Positions 28,356 to 41,230 are shown, counted from the stretch's first letter. The stretch is 64,000 nt of DNA from Utricularia gibba (GCA_002189035.1 CM007992.1:1922001-1986000); one strand, 5' to 3'. The notes: generated by a model from the sequence alone, not told the origin. Numbers and translations are program-made.

Positions 28356-30541
28356 GTTTGAAGCCATGGTTGAATGTCAAAGTGACTTGAAAATCAAAAG
28401 CTCTTAGAAGTGATAGAGGTGGTGAGATTATTCCAAATAATTTTAATGAATTTGCAAAAAAATTGGTCTTCATGGATCTCTTACAACTGCAAGAACACCA
28501 CAGCAAAATGGAGTAGTGGAGCACAGAAATCATATTGTTTAGAATATGGGTCACTACTTATTATATACTAAGTACATGCCTCATGAGTTTTGAGGTTATG
28601 TAGTAACTATTGCAATATATTTGATGAATAGATCACCCATGAAGTTTGAATGGTCTTACGCCACAAGAAGCTTGGAGTGGTGTAAAGCCATGTGTATCTC
28701 ATCTTTGTGTGTTTGAATGTATTTGTTAGGTTCATTGTGCTGATACTTACGAAAAAAGCTTGATGACAAAGTAGTGAAGATGTCTTTTTTGGCCAAGACT
28801 AGAACTCCAAAGGTTATATAGTGTTTGATCTTGTTAAAAAGTAAGTAATTATTAATAGAGATGTCACTTTCGATGAGACATCTAGTTGGGATTGGAAAGC
28901 TTCACAAAAGTAAGTTGATTCACATATTTTACCTTGATGATGAGCAGCAACCACTACATGCTGATGACAACAATTTCCAGCAACAAGAACAAACAACCGC
29001 AAGAGCCATTGAATTCCAAGCCATTCTAGGGAGGAGAGGTAGAAGCATTACAAGGCGCTTTGATCACTTTGTAGTAGACTTACTTGATCCCTATGTACAG
29101 GAGGAGTAAATTTGGATTTCAATGATGTGGTCAAGAAACAAGAATTGAGGGATGCAATGGTTGAAGAAATCATTGCCATTGAGATGAATAATACGTAGGA
29201 ATTGGTTGGCAAGCCTTTGAAAAACCATCATTGAAGTTCAACAGGTGTATCGAGTTTGCACCGTTGAGAAGTTTGGTTTGGTGAGATCTGTGTAGCGGTT
29301 TCAGTATCACGAGATTTCTTAAACTTATAGCATAGACATTTACGAAAGGTTTGGCTTTGGAAGGAGACAATTTGGACAAAGGTAAGCGGGATGATGGGCT
29401 CTGAATTTATGTGTTGTATTCTACGTGAAAATCTGTGCCTCTATGTGTTTTATGACTTTTATGTGTTGATTGGCTATGTTTCATGAAGTATGATTAATGT
29501 GTCATTTCTTTATCCTTTATCTATGCTTCAAAAAGATATTATTGGTTTATAGATGGGAGCAAGATGTTTTAGGTTCATCTTGAAATCTGACAAGCCCCAG
29601 AAACTAATTTTTGAGTCCAATCCCTAAATTTCGTAACTTTTTACTGGGTGCTTGAATTTTTCTTATTTCTATTATTGAATAAAGCCCTACTCCCTAGCTT
29701 TCAAATAATTTTTATTTAATAATTTTAAGTAAGGAAAAGTTCATGAAATATGAAATGTTTTCATGTGTATCATGATGTGTTATGAGATTAAGATACAATG
29801 TTTTGAAGTAGAAAACTTATGGGGAGCTATAGATGCACACTCCTATATGTCAAGCATACTTGAGGCAACTCCTTATGAAGTTTTAGCCACCAAACGGTAT
29901 GAGGTTGAGAAATGGAAAAATGGCAAAGGGGCTGCAACCATATGGACTTGGTAAAGGGGGTGACACCCCTTTATTGATTTCATAAGGCCAAAGCCAAAAG
30001 AGACTTCTTGATCTTGACTTCTAAGGTTGCCAGACTAAAGTTATTAAGATCAAGGGGGTGCAACCATGCACGTAAATGGTCACATAGTTCTACATGGTCT
30101 TATTGATTAAATGAATTGCATTCAGTGCCTTGGCCGCTAATTATTCCAGGTAATGAATGGAAAGGACAGGACCAGGTGCTATGATCCAGGTTGTAGGAAA
30201 AAGAATCTCATTGCCAGTCATTTTGGAGTCTCTTGGTTGCGGGCCTAACTTGGTTGTTCGCAATAGAGCTCGCATCCAAACTAATTCTTATATTTCTAGG
30301 ATTGTCTTGTGAATTCTTGAGGCGTAAAGTTTGTATTGGGAGTCATGTCATGTCCACCATTTTGTATAATAGTTATGTGAATTTTTTTCTTTTTGGTTCA
30401 TCTCTTACTATATGATATAACCTAAATTAATCCAATATCCCTATCAGTTTAAAATGGTAGGATAATACGGCCTTATGTTTCTTTTCGGGAACATGGCATC
30501 AAGGTCTAAATTTATAAGGTGTAAATTTTGGGCCTTGACAG

Positions 30542-33500
30542 GTTACCATCGTTACAAAGATTACAATGTATTTATTCTAGTACTAGGAACATAGATGAAG
30601 ACAAATAGTTTCTTAAACATAGCAATTAACTAAAGTAATCCTATCCAAACACAACGTCTTGGTAATTGCATCAGGTGCTGATCTCCAGCATCTTCGTCCA
30701 TATTGGTCAGCATCTCTTATTTATTCTCCAGATTACTTCTTCATCCAACACTCCCCTCTAAGCTAGAGTGTCTCTCCGTCTCAAGAAGTCTACGAAATTG
30801 ATTAAACACACGTGTCTTCAAAGGTTTAGTGAAGACATCTACCACTTGATCTTCAATGTTTACATAGCACAACCGAACCTTCTGCTCTTGCACACATTCA
30901 CGCAAAAAATGAAACCTGGTATGAATATGCTTACTCATTTGATGAAACACCGGATTCTTGGCAGCAATAGCAGACTTATTATCAATCCCAATCTCAACTG
31001 GATTCATAATTGGAAATTTGAGACTCTCCAACACATACCTTAGTCAAAGTGCATGACAGACAGTAGAATTTACTGTCACATATTCTGTTTCACAGGAACT
31101 TAGTGTCACCACACTCTGCTTCTTGGAACTCTAGACAATAGCAGTTTCTCCCATTAAAAATGCAAATCCTGTAGTGCTTTTGGCATCCTCCACACAACCA
31201 GCCCAATCGCTGTCACTGAAGTCTTTAAGTTCAGTGTGATGATACCATAAGCCATAGTCCAACATCCCCTTCAAGTTCCTCAATATGCGTTTAGCAGGTT
31301 TCATATGAGTTTCCTTCGGATTTTCCATGAATCTGCATACCAAACAACCAGCAAACAATATATCTTGCATGGTACTTGCAATGTAACGTAATGAATCAGC
31401 CAAGCTTTTATAGGTTGTAGAAATCACAGTAGCAGATGATCCTCTATAAATTTAAGGCCAACTTCAGAAGGCATATCGACTGCATTGCACTCAACCATTG
31501 AATATTTTCTTAAGACTTCTTTAATAAAGCCTTTTTGTGAGATGAAGATTCCATCAGCCTTTTGAGCAACTTCAATTCCTAAATAACAAGTTAGCATTCC
31601 AAAATCAGTCATATCGAATGCCTTGCTCATCTCCTCTTTGAGGCATCTAATTTCATCCTCATTGCCCCCTATCACCAATAAGTCATCAACATATATTATC
31701 ACCACCAGTAATTTAGATATAAAGAGAGTGCTCATGAATGCATTGCACAAATTCTTTTTCCTTCAAGTAGGCATTAATTGTATTATTCCAAGCTCTGCTT
31801 AAGACCATACAATGCCTTGTGTAATTTCAACACTTTTCCTTCATCTCCTTCTTTGATGAATCCATTTGAGAATGTGGTTTTAACACCCGTTTGCTACATT
31901 CTCCACCTGAATTGAGCAGCCAATGAAACCTGAATTATGACAGTCTCCATCCTTGCAACAGGGGCAAAAACCTAATCATAATCAACTCCTTCTCATTGTT
32001 TATATCCTTTGGCCACCAATCGAGCTTTATACTAGTCTATTTCACCATTTGCTTTGTGTTTGATTTTGTAGAGCCACTTGACTCCAATCACAGCATTGTT
32101 TGAAGGTCTATCAACGATGCTCCATGATTGATTTTTCTCAATTGATTTTATCTCCTATTCCATTGCTTCCTGTCATACTGGTTCCTTAACAGCATCAAAA
32201 AAATCCACAGGTTCACTTTCTACAAAGAGACCAAAATGACTAAAATTGCCAACTTCCTAGTAAAATTCGTGACTCTATCCAGTCCTACACATAGTCTTTC
32301 AAGTGCCTTGGAATTCTCCTGGCTCATGTCTCTCTTATCGGTGCTAACTCCATATTTCCAGAATCAATAGGAGCTATATTAGGGACCCATAAATCATCAT
32401 CAAGCGAAGAATCATTAATGAAAGTGTATTGATTCTCAGCAGACTTCCAATCCCAGCTTTCGAACTCATTAAAAACCACATCTCTGCTAAGATAGATTTG
32501 TTGCTTCACTAGATGCAGAATTGTTGATGAAGATGAATTTCCATTTCTCTGATCATTATTGGACATATTAGAACATTTAAAACCCCTGCCATAGCCACGT
32601 CTTCTCCAATATCCATGGGATTTTGCTGCTTTTTCTCACCTCTTCCAGAACCTGCACCATTAAGGTATAGCAGCTTGGTGGACAAAGATTCATCACATCT
32701 TTAAGTCTCTCTTCATATGCTTATAATGATCCGGTTAAATCATCAACTGCCATTGTGGTTGAATCATTTGCTTCCTCAATGGAAACCACCATGAAGATGA
32801 ATTTTTTATCCAATGAACGAAGGACGTTCTCCACCATCCGCCCTTCAATGACCGTTTCACTGAAACGTTTCATCTTATTTGCAACACTTTGCACTCTAAT
32901 GACATAGTCATTATCACTTTCACCAAGCTTTTGTTTCAAGCCTTCAAACTCAGCCTTTAGAGTTTAAATTTCACCTGCTTCACCTTCTTTGTGCCTTGAA
33001 ATGCAGCAGTCAAAGGGTCCATGCATGCTTTGATGAAGTTGCCTCTGAAACCTTCTCAAAGTGCTTCTCGTTCAGTGCTTGGTGAATAATTGACAAGGCT
33101 TTCTTGTCCCTTCTCTAAGTTGCAGCATCAAACATCAGTGTAATGCCATTTTGCACTATTTCCCAAACTTCATAAGCACCAAATATGGTTTGCATTTGGA
33201 TTTTCAAATTGCCAAAATTCTCTTTTGACAACAATGGAATTGGGAATGAACCTTATCCTCCTAAGCTTCCATTGTTTGCCATCTTCCTTACAGAACCTCC
33301 TCTGATACCACTTTGTTGTAGAAAAAGAATTCAAAAATACAGAAATTCTTCTGTTTTATTCATCAAAAGGAGTTACCATCATTACAAAAATTACAAATAT
33401 TTATTCTTGTACTAGGAACACAGACGAAGAAAAACAGTTTCTTAAACATAGCAGTTAACTAAACTAATCCTATCCAAACACAATGTCTTGGTAACCGCAT

Positions 33501-33579
33501 CAGGTGCTGATCTCCAGCGTCCTCTTCCATATTGATCAGCATCTCTTATTTATTCTCTAGATTACTTCTTCATCCAAAA
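30542..33579 (-). mobile_element. Internally deleted Ty1/copia element (gag-RT-RH, no PR/INT core)
   Basis: LTRs 33314-33579 and truncated 30542-30750; PBS AGTGGTATCAGAG (33298-33312); PPT AGAGGGGAG at 30751; gag joined at ~32540 to IYLSRDVVFNE; RT and RNase H fragments. Confidence 0.87.
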
Positions 33580-33893
33580 TAAACAATAATGAATGGTATG
33601 CATTTTTTGATGTAGAAATTGATTAGCAACAATTGCAATTGGAACCTATTAACTGTTGCGCAAGGTTGTAGGTGTGGGTTGGGGGGGGGGGGTGGGAGAG
33701 ATGAGTTTCAAAGGATTGAGAACGCGTAATTGGCTGATGTAGGGGAAAGTTCCTCAACGAACACACGTTAGCCTTGGAGGAAACTTTTCTTTCCCAATAG
33801 TGTTCACTTTTACTCGGACAAAGTGGAGAAACGGAGAAGGGTTTGAGACAGACAATGAAGGTGATACAAAAAAGCGCATTTGGTTTAATGTTC

Positions 33894-34088
33894 AAGAGAA
33901 TTACACAAATACAATTCAAATAGAATTACTAATGCAGAACTACACCACTTTTCAAAACTATCACAAAATTAATCACATTTTTATTTAAAACAATTTAATA
34001 TTATCATTTTTACCCCTAAAACTTTTCTATAATTAATTATGTTATCATACTTATCTTAAAATTACAAATAAAGTTACTAATAATTATC
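33894..34088 (+). repeat. Left TIR of MULE
   Basis: GAGAATTACACAAATACAATT... is the reverse complement of 48122-48314. Confidence 0.85.
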
Positions 34089-34409
34089 TGTAGAGGTTAA
34101 ACAACACTAAATTCACGATTTGGGGCAGGAGGGATTGGAATTGAGAGTTACGGATTCAAGCGATCCATTGATTTTTTCAATCTTCCATCCAATCAGATTT
34201 GGGCAAGCTTTATCACTTCCCTAACTTGCACGGGAGAGAGCAACGTCCACCCATTCAGAATCACTTCTCCAAAAGGTGAATCCATTGTAGGTCTTCCACT
34301 TGCGTTTGAATATCCCATGGCTGGATAATTGTGGGTCCCATATTTTATATTTTAGTATTTCATTTTATTCATTATTGATGAATTTTTAGAGTTCCAAGTT
34401 TGATGAATC

Positions 34410-34742
34410 ATGTCAACTTCTATTGGAGTGACATTATATTGGGGTGATAAATTAATAATAGTTGGTAATCATACTTTTTATGATCAAGTTCCAAAGGATA
34501 TTACATTTTTTTCACGTAACATTAGCTTTGAACGAATGTTAACTCAATTACGAGAAATTATATGAGCATATGATTCATTATAGAAGATCTTTGTGCAATA
34601 TACAGTGATGGATAATGAAAATCATGCAAATCTTTCTTCTATATTTTAGACTGTGATCTTATGCTCACTTATCTCTTTGATATTCAATGGAATGCAAGTG
34701 GGATTAATATGTATATTGAAGAGGTTTAATTGGCAGCTAATG

Positions 34743-34781
<39 letters not shown>

Positions 34782-36780
34782 CTATTATAATATCTTTTTT
34801 TAATTATTGATATTAATCATATGCATTCAAACATTTCCACTGCAGATGAATCAATTAGGAGTGAATCAATTCATCAAGATGATATTGCAAATGCTAAAAC
34901 AGAAAATCAGCCCTCATGGAATCCGAGAAATTTTTTTACGTCTCATATTCCTCCAATATTAGCAAATTCTATTGGCCTTCCCTACCAGGTTGACGATTGT
35001 AACATTGAGAAGGAATTATTTGACACATCTGTCTACTTTGACTCTAAAGAAGCTTTTCAAATGGCTAGTCAAAGGTATTGTATAGAATTAAGTAAAGGAG
35101 CATGTTGTGAAATATAGAACAAAAAATGTATGAGAGGTGCATTGACCACAAGCAAATGAAATGCAGCCTTGCAATTGGAGAATTAGAGGTATATTTAAAA
35201 AAAATGCAGGTTTGGAAGGTTTCTAGGTACAAAACGTTGCATAAATATTATATTGGCGGCAAATTATCTTTGGAGCACAATAATCTGAGAATGAGATTTG
35301 TAGCTTCTAAGATATTTTGTGATACTAAGAGAGATCTTGCTATCACAATTGTTGAGGTTTGACGATTCAGCAAAAATCAATTCAAGTTTGGTATTAAGGC
35401 GAGTGAAGCCTAAATTGCCATGTTTCCTTCAAGTTATGCGAGCAAAAAATCTAGGTAGTATTTTTACACCAATTAGTTATTATATTATTCATTCAATTAT
35501 TATGATATTTTATTCATCTTGAACACTAGTTTTCATGATTCTACCATGTAGGTATTATTGTTGAATACATGGTAGAATCATAGAAGCATTGTCAATCAGT
35601 TATTACAGTTGATGTGACACATTTGCATTTAGATTATCAATACAAACATATTATTGCTACTCCTCTTGATGCCAGTGGTCATATTTTGCCATTAGCTTTT
35701 GCTTTTGTAGATGATGAATCAAAATATTCATGACATTGGTTTCTTGATCTCCTTAGCACACATATTGTTCAATGACAGTGAAAGACATGCCTCATATATG
35801 ATCGAGGCTCTAGTTTAATAGGGGCTCTACCCTATATTCCCGTATTTTATGAATTTGAAGGTTGTTATCGGTTTTGTATGCAGCATGTGATATCCAACTT
35901 CATGGATAAATTCAAGAATTCTCATTTGAAAAGCATGGTATGGTCAGCTACATATGCTGAAGATATAAGCATGTTTGACATTATCATAGAAAATATTTGG
36001 AAAATAAATGAAGAAGCACATAAGTGATTGAAGAAGATCAATCCAACACAATGGATATTTGCTCATGATGGTGATGCAAGGTATGCTCTTTTATATCCTT
36101 ATTTTTAGTTATTATAATAACTTATATCAATTATATAAGTATGGATATGCAACATCAAATTGATCAAAGATTATGAATAGTGTACTCAGAGGTGCTCGTC
36201 GCCTACCTCCTACAACTATTGCACATGCTACGCTTTTGCATTGTCTATGTTACTTTCAAGAACATTGAGGAGAAATAAATCGTTTGAAAAAGGAACGACA
36301 TCTATGGGTAGAAAAAAATTCACTTGAGATGTAGTCGGTGGGATAAAAAAGCTACAAAGTATTATGTTCGTCCATGCCACACAAATACTAGGGCAACATC
36401 TATAGCTGCTCCAAGTAAGCCAGGTCATGGCCCTCGGGCTAACAATGTTAGTCTGAAAAACCAATCATGTACATGTGGCAAATGGTTAGTATAAGATCCC
36501 TTGCTCACACTCAATGCAGGTAATCATTTGGAAATTATTTTATAAATATTTCATATTTCAAATTATTTATTGTTTTATCTTTTTTCAGGTTTGCAATTAC
36601 TTAAAAGTAAATCCATGTGAATATGTGTTAAATGATTTTAGTATTGAAATATTAGAAATTACATATTCTTATCAATTTGAGTGTCTATTAGAGGAATCAT
36701 GTTGGAAGGTTCCTTTTGATCTGACTCACAATCCCTATTTCTGTTTGCAAACAAAAGTTGGTAGAAAGAGAGCCAAATGA
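34410..36780 (+). pseudogene. mudrA: MuDR-type transposase remnant
   Basis: VTLYWGD N-terminus; FDSKEAFQ..RYCI; KHCQSVITVDVTHL..ATPLDASGHILPLAFAFVDDES..WFL; FCMQHVISNF; SWIM-like SCTCGKW...PCSH. Many stops. Confidence 0.85.
34746..34780. repeat. (AT)n microsatellite
   Basis: 35-bp uninterrupted AT dinucleotide run. Confidence 0.95.
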
Positions 36781-38221
36781 TGTCCATGTGAAATGGATCG
36801 AAGGTGTCGCAAGAAGGACAAGGAAAATATTATTGATGGAATATGATATATTTTATAGATTTTGCTTTTGTTTTTGTTTTGTTGGAATATCCTTTCTTAG
36901 TTTGTATAAAAACTCATCTTATATCAATCTGCTAAACATCAGACATGCTTTTGTCGTTTGTTGTTATCTTGGGATTATGAATACTTTTTTTTATAACCAA
37001 ATCTAATAATATATCAAACTATTATTTTGTACTACGTACTTAATACATCAAAGAAATCCAATTGTGTCCAAATAATAATTCATAGTAATTAAGAATAAAA
37101 AGTAAATAACATATTAATCTATAGGGGTGTTGGCATTTGTGACCTAAAATTTTGAAGTTTTAGCATTTTTGACCCATAACAAAATGATCGGTTCGACATA
37201 GTTGACCTGAATCACTACTGGTTCTGCATATGTGACCCAAAATATTTACAAAATAATATATTTGACCTGTAAAAATTTGATGCATGACATATTTGACCCA
37301 TAAAAAATTCAGTTTTGATACTTTTAATCCATAAAATATTATAACGGGGCATATTTGACCCAACGAAAAGTTATAAAGTTAACAACAGAGTCAGTTTGAC
37401 CCAATAAGTTTACTGTTGGTCCAAGTTTAGTGTTCAGTTGGTATATTCAACCCAATAATTTGGCATATTTGACTCGTACAGTTTAATAAATTGACATTGT
37501 TGACCCTTAAGGTTCGTTAAATCTGCATATTTAACCCATAAAGTGTGACAAATTAACATAATTAAATCAATAAGTTTAGCGAATTGACATAAATAACCTA
37601 TAAAGTTTTTCAAAATTTTAAACAAATTGAATACTTTTTCAAATAAATATTGATCAATAAGTGCCTTGTAAACATGGGCACAACAGTCAATCTGAATATC
37701 CATCATGTCAACCCACTACGATTCGAACATGTGATGTCGTTGCAAAGTGAACTTAAGATTATTATAGACATTTTTATAAATCAGATTTATTTCTAAACAT
37801 ACGATAATATGACAGATGCAACAATTACAAAAAAAATTTTTATAAACATATGATATATGTTTATTAAAATATAAATCATGTAAATATGTTATTTATTAAA
37901 CCATATAATAAATATGAAAGTTTTTTAGTTTTTAATTTTATTAGCATTCGATCCTTAGTTATACTTTGGATAGAGCATATATTTTTATTTTACTCATTTT
38001 AATTAGCATTCGATCCTTGATTATGATTCGAATTGAGTGCATATTTTGTATTTTAATATTGTTATTAGCATTCGACACTTAATTATGATTCGGATCGAGC
38101 GTGTATTTCTTATTGCAATAAACCATGGTTTACGCATAAACCATGCCCGTATGGCCTTGTCGCACTGCTGGGTGTGTATACGGGCGTGGTTTACGCATAA
38201 ACCACGCCCGTATGGCCTTGT

Positions 38222-38430
38222 TGTAACGACCCGCGACCTGTACCCTAGACGCTAGGCCATTACCGACACCATCCACGCCCTGGGTTCCCCTCATCAAAGG
38301 AGATGGGCTAGGAACATGTATTTGGGTGCATGCTCCCTCGCCATGCTACTTCTCCTGGACACCTCCTATCGCATCCCCTTGGTAGCAAAGTTTAATTTAT
38401 TAAAATAAGATGACCAAGGTTCAACACAAC
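38222..38430. mobile_element. Truncated Tekay/chromovirus-like LTR end
   Basis: Begins TGTAACGACCCG, loosely similar to the 46267 LTR. The other end was not found. Confidence 0.45.
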
Positions 38431-38815
38431 CAAAGGAAAACAAGGAAACTCCCAACTATCCTGTTATGGGTGAAAATCGGTCTTCGAGATGGGGCCGATT
38501 TTTGGGTTATAAATGCGATTGGGAATACCGTGCCTTTATGCTTATGGAAGGACATATTATATATTAATCCACCTAAAGGCTATAAAACTAGGTGTTCTAA
38601 AATGTAAAAAAAATTCAAGCAGTGCAGGGTCAAGCAAGTAATGACCCTAAAATATGATAGGAACAAACAAGTTAGGCTTTCATTGGTGTCCCTAACTTCT
38701 ACTTCAATTTGACTCAGCAAATGATCTCAGCAAAAATAAGCAACCAGATCCCTAGTGTAGGTGAATCCAAGTAGAAGAGAAATGACATGATAGAAAAATC
38801 AGGTATAAATGATAT

Positions 38816-38999
38816 TTAACAGAAGAACATAGAGTTTCTAACTTTTTTCTCAAATAGAGGCATCCGAGAAACAACCGGAGCCAAAGTTGTACTGCTGGAA
38901 CCACCCACCTTGGCTAAAGGATATTTTCCAATTTTGCTCAAACTTTATCAACTGACTCAGTTGTGCTGCCGCCAAGTTAGCATAAAAAACAGGACCCAC
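38816..38999 (-). pseudogene. Captured last exon of an AGO4/6/9-clade Argonaute, frameshifted
   Basis: VGPVFYANLAAAQLSQLIKFE...SFSQGG then, in a shifted frame, MPLFEKKVRNSMFFC* (stop 38816-38818); matches the AGO4-clade C-terminus (VAPICYAHLAAAQ..F.KFE...SSHGG...NSMFFC). Confidence 0.82.
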
Positions 39000-40354
39000 T
39001 ACATAATCATATTTATCAATTGAAATGTTCAACAATAGCAACCAGGTGAATAAGAAGCAAATGCAACCGATTTTCCAGTTTTGCTCAACAGATTGTTCAG
39101 CATCACTGATGCCAAGGAAAACTATCATTCACAAACCAACCGATTTTTTGCACAAAAGTTCAACAATAGCAACCAGGTGAATAGGAAGCAAATGCAATAA
39201 TGCAAAGATTGGTATTATAAAGAAAAGGGGAATGGGTCGGCACTTCTGCTGCTTTCTTGCTTGCCTCTACATCGGGAAAATTCTTTCCGTTTGTTGGTTA
39301 TTAGCGGCATCCCGAAAACAGAATGAAGCGAAAAAATTCACAAAAGCCATACCTTAAGAGCAACTTCACGCTGATAGGATACAAATCGGTTGAGGACAGT
39401 CAGTTTTTTGAAAGGCTACCAAGCGGGGTTTTCGATGAGACAATGCCTGTCAACAGATCGATATCTGTCAAAGGATCTGACAAGAGCGGTATGGCTCAGT
39501 TTGAAGAGTAACCGAGTAACGGCAGAATGGGCGGTGATTGTCTGAAAAGCAAAATCATAGCACAAGTGCAAAAAGGTCGGTCGGGCTGACCTCCCCTATA
39601 AATAAAAGTAATCATAATGGAGGGAGGATTGGATCCGAAGCCTCCCACTTGTACTTTTTATCACTACATCCCACTAGTAAAAATCTTCTTCGGCGAGCTC
39701 CGATAGCTCCGTGGTTTTTCAATCTTACGGTAGTTTCCAAGTAAAAATCCTCGCCTACCCTCCCCCTCTTATTCCCATTAACCAAACCGTACAAAATCAT
39801 GAAACACATAGGAAGGTACGGAATTTCCCGATCGCACCTTTCACCCGAAAATCCTTCACAAACATCGATTTTCACCCGTAACACACGCCTTTCTGTTGTG
39901 TGGGAATCACTTCTCCCAATCTCTCATTAGTTTGCCTTCACCCGTAAGAGGAGAAGAGGCTCATCCCCAATTCAATTTAGGGTCAAATATCAAAAATAAT
40001 TTTTTTTAATATTTTAATAATTAAATATTTTTTTAATAAAATATTATTATTATTGAACCGGGTTCAATTATGTAGGTTAAATATACCAAACCGGTAAACT
40101 ATTTGGATCAAATATGTCAAAATTGAAATTTTATCAAGTTAAATTTATTATTATTAAATGGGTGTATTCTACAGTAACAATTCATCAAGTTAAATCCATA
40201 GCTCAAATACATCAATTCATCAAACTTATGGGTCAAATATGCCCATTCACGAAACTTTATGGATCCGTTATGCCTCGTTATGAAAATTTCTAAATTCGTT
40301 ATATTCTAAATCTATAATTTTTAGGTCATATATATAATTGTCTCGTTCTAAAAG

Positions 40355-41230
40355 ATCAATCATTTTTTCTCTATCCACTGCAATATAACATTACCAACCA
40401 AATTTACAAATCGCATCAATGATCACTGAGGTCAAAACACCATCTGGATGCCCATAACAGAGAACTACAGAAATCTGTCGCACAAGCATAATGAAAAAAA
40501 AAGAAAATTAGGATCTTGACTCACCAAAGCGAATAGTAATCTACGTATTCCCGAAATCTAAAGAAAACAATATAAAAACGGCTTACTGGGAAGCCAGAGC
40601 GCTACAGAAACAACAAAGCAACCCAAATGCACGATGCATCGGACAAATCCCTACGCCCACGACTATCAAAGAACCTAAAATAATGAAGTGATTCGCTTCC
40701 CCCCCCCCCCCCCCCCCCTCCCAGTGGAGAATGAGTCGCTATGGCCGGCGGTAGTGTGGGCCCGCTACCTCGGAAAGTCAAGAGAGAGGACACCGAGATC
40801 CGCTACAGAGGAATTTCCCCGTCGCAATCCCCTCGGTATCCTATCGACCCTACGGAGCTTATTCCTCCTGTTTTGATTTAGGGGAAATAGGCAATTTGTG
40901 AAGATTTGATAGGAATTTTGAAAACTATTACAAGAAATACGTTCTCGCGGCAGCAGCACAAGAACTTCAGGAACTCAAAGACGCAGGACAAGAACAGGGG
41001 ATCAAAGTTCAGGAACACTAGAGACAACCAAATCCAGGGCTCAGACCAACCCCAAAGATTGTGTTCATCCATGGGAGGAAGGTAAGTAGAGAGGAGTAAA
41101 AGCCCACAACGATGCTTACCAGAAACCATTCAATTTCAAGAACTGCTCCTCCTAGAGCAAATTTATTTGCAACTGTTTCAAAAAGCGTACAAATTGCTGT
41201 TGCCATCCAAGAAAAGAACACACACTAAGA
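40355..41230 (-). other. Putative 5' leader (with 147-bp GT-AG intron) of the kinase gene, displaced from its CDS
   Basis: Donor G|GTGAGT at 40524 and acceptor TTGCAG at 40378. The exon runs into GTTCTAAAAG, which also precedes the kinase leader at 45021-45030. Confidence 0.55.

Larger units (their letters stand above)
25380..29250 (+). mobile_element. Decayed copia element hosting two nested solo LTRs
   Basis: PBS-like AAGTCGTACCAGAG ~25539; gag (VPISLLTKKNFEN, KILHSLDKKYDHIAIAIEE); pre-integrase GDLNFDDL; CGPI..STLGRNNYFL; KIK.LRSDRGGE; VIINRDVTFDE; RT start. Confidence 0.75.
37124..40344 (+). mobile_element. Non-autonomous MULE-like element E, copy A (Pack-MULE-like)
   Basis: Ends GGGGTGTTGGC...AATTGTCTC; left ~1 kb matches 45031-46030 and right ~270 bp matches 47820-48073; 10-bp flanks TTAATCTATA (left) and GTTCTAAAAG (right). 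Confidence 0.82.

Noticed and set aside
29780-30080. IBR/RBR E3 ligase fragment (GCNH motifs)
   Set aside because: The surrounding cysteine spacing is absent and the frames are stop-ridden.
37160-37560. Regularly spaced short repeats resembling a CRISPR array
   Set aside because: The repeats are 7-8-bp degenerate motifs in plant TE termini, the whole block is duplicated, and there are no cas genes or prokaryotic context.
40699-40718. Poly-C (20 nt) and poly-G at 33681-33692 as G-quadruplex signals
   Set aside because: These are simple homopolymers prone to slippage and sequencing error, with no supporting context.
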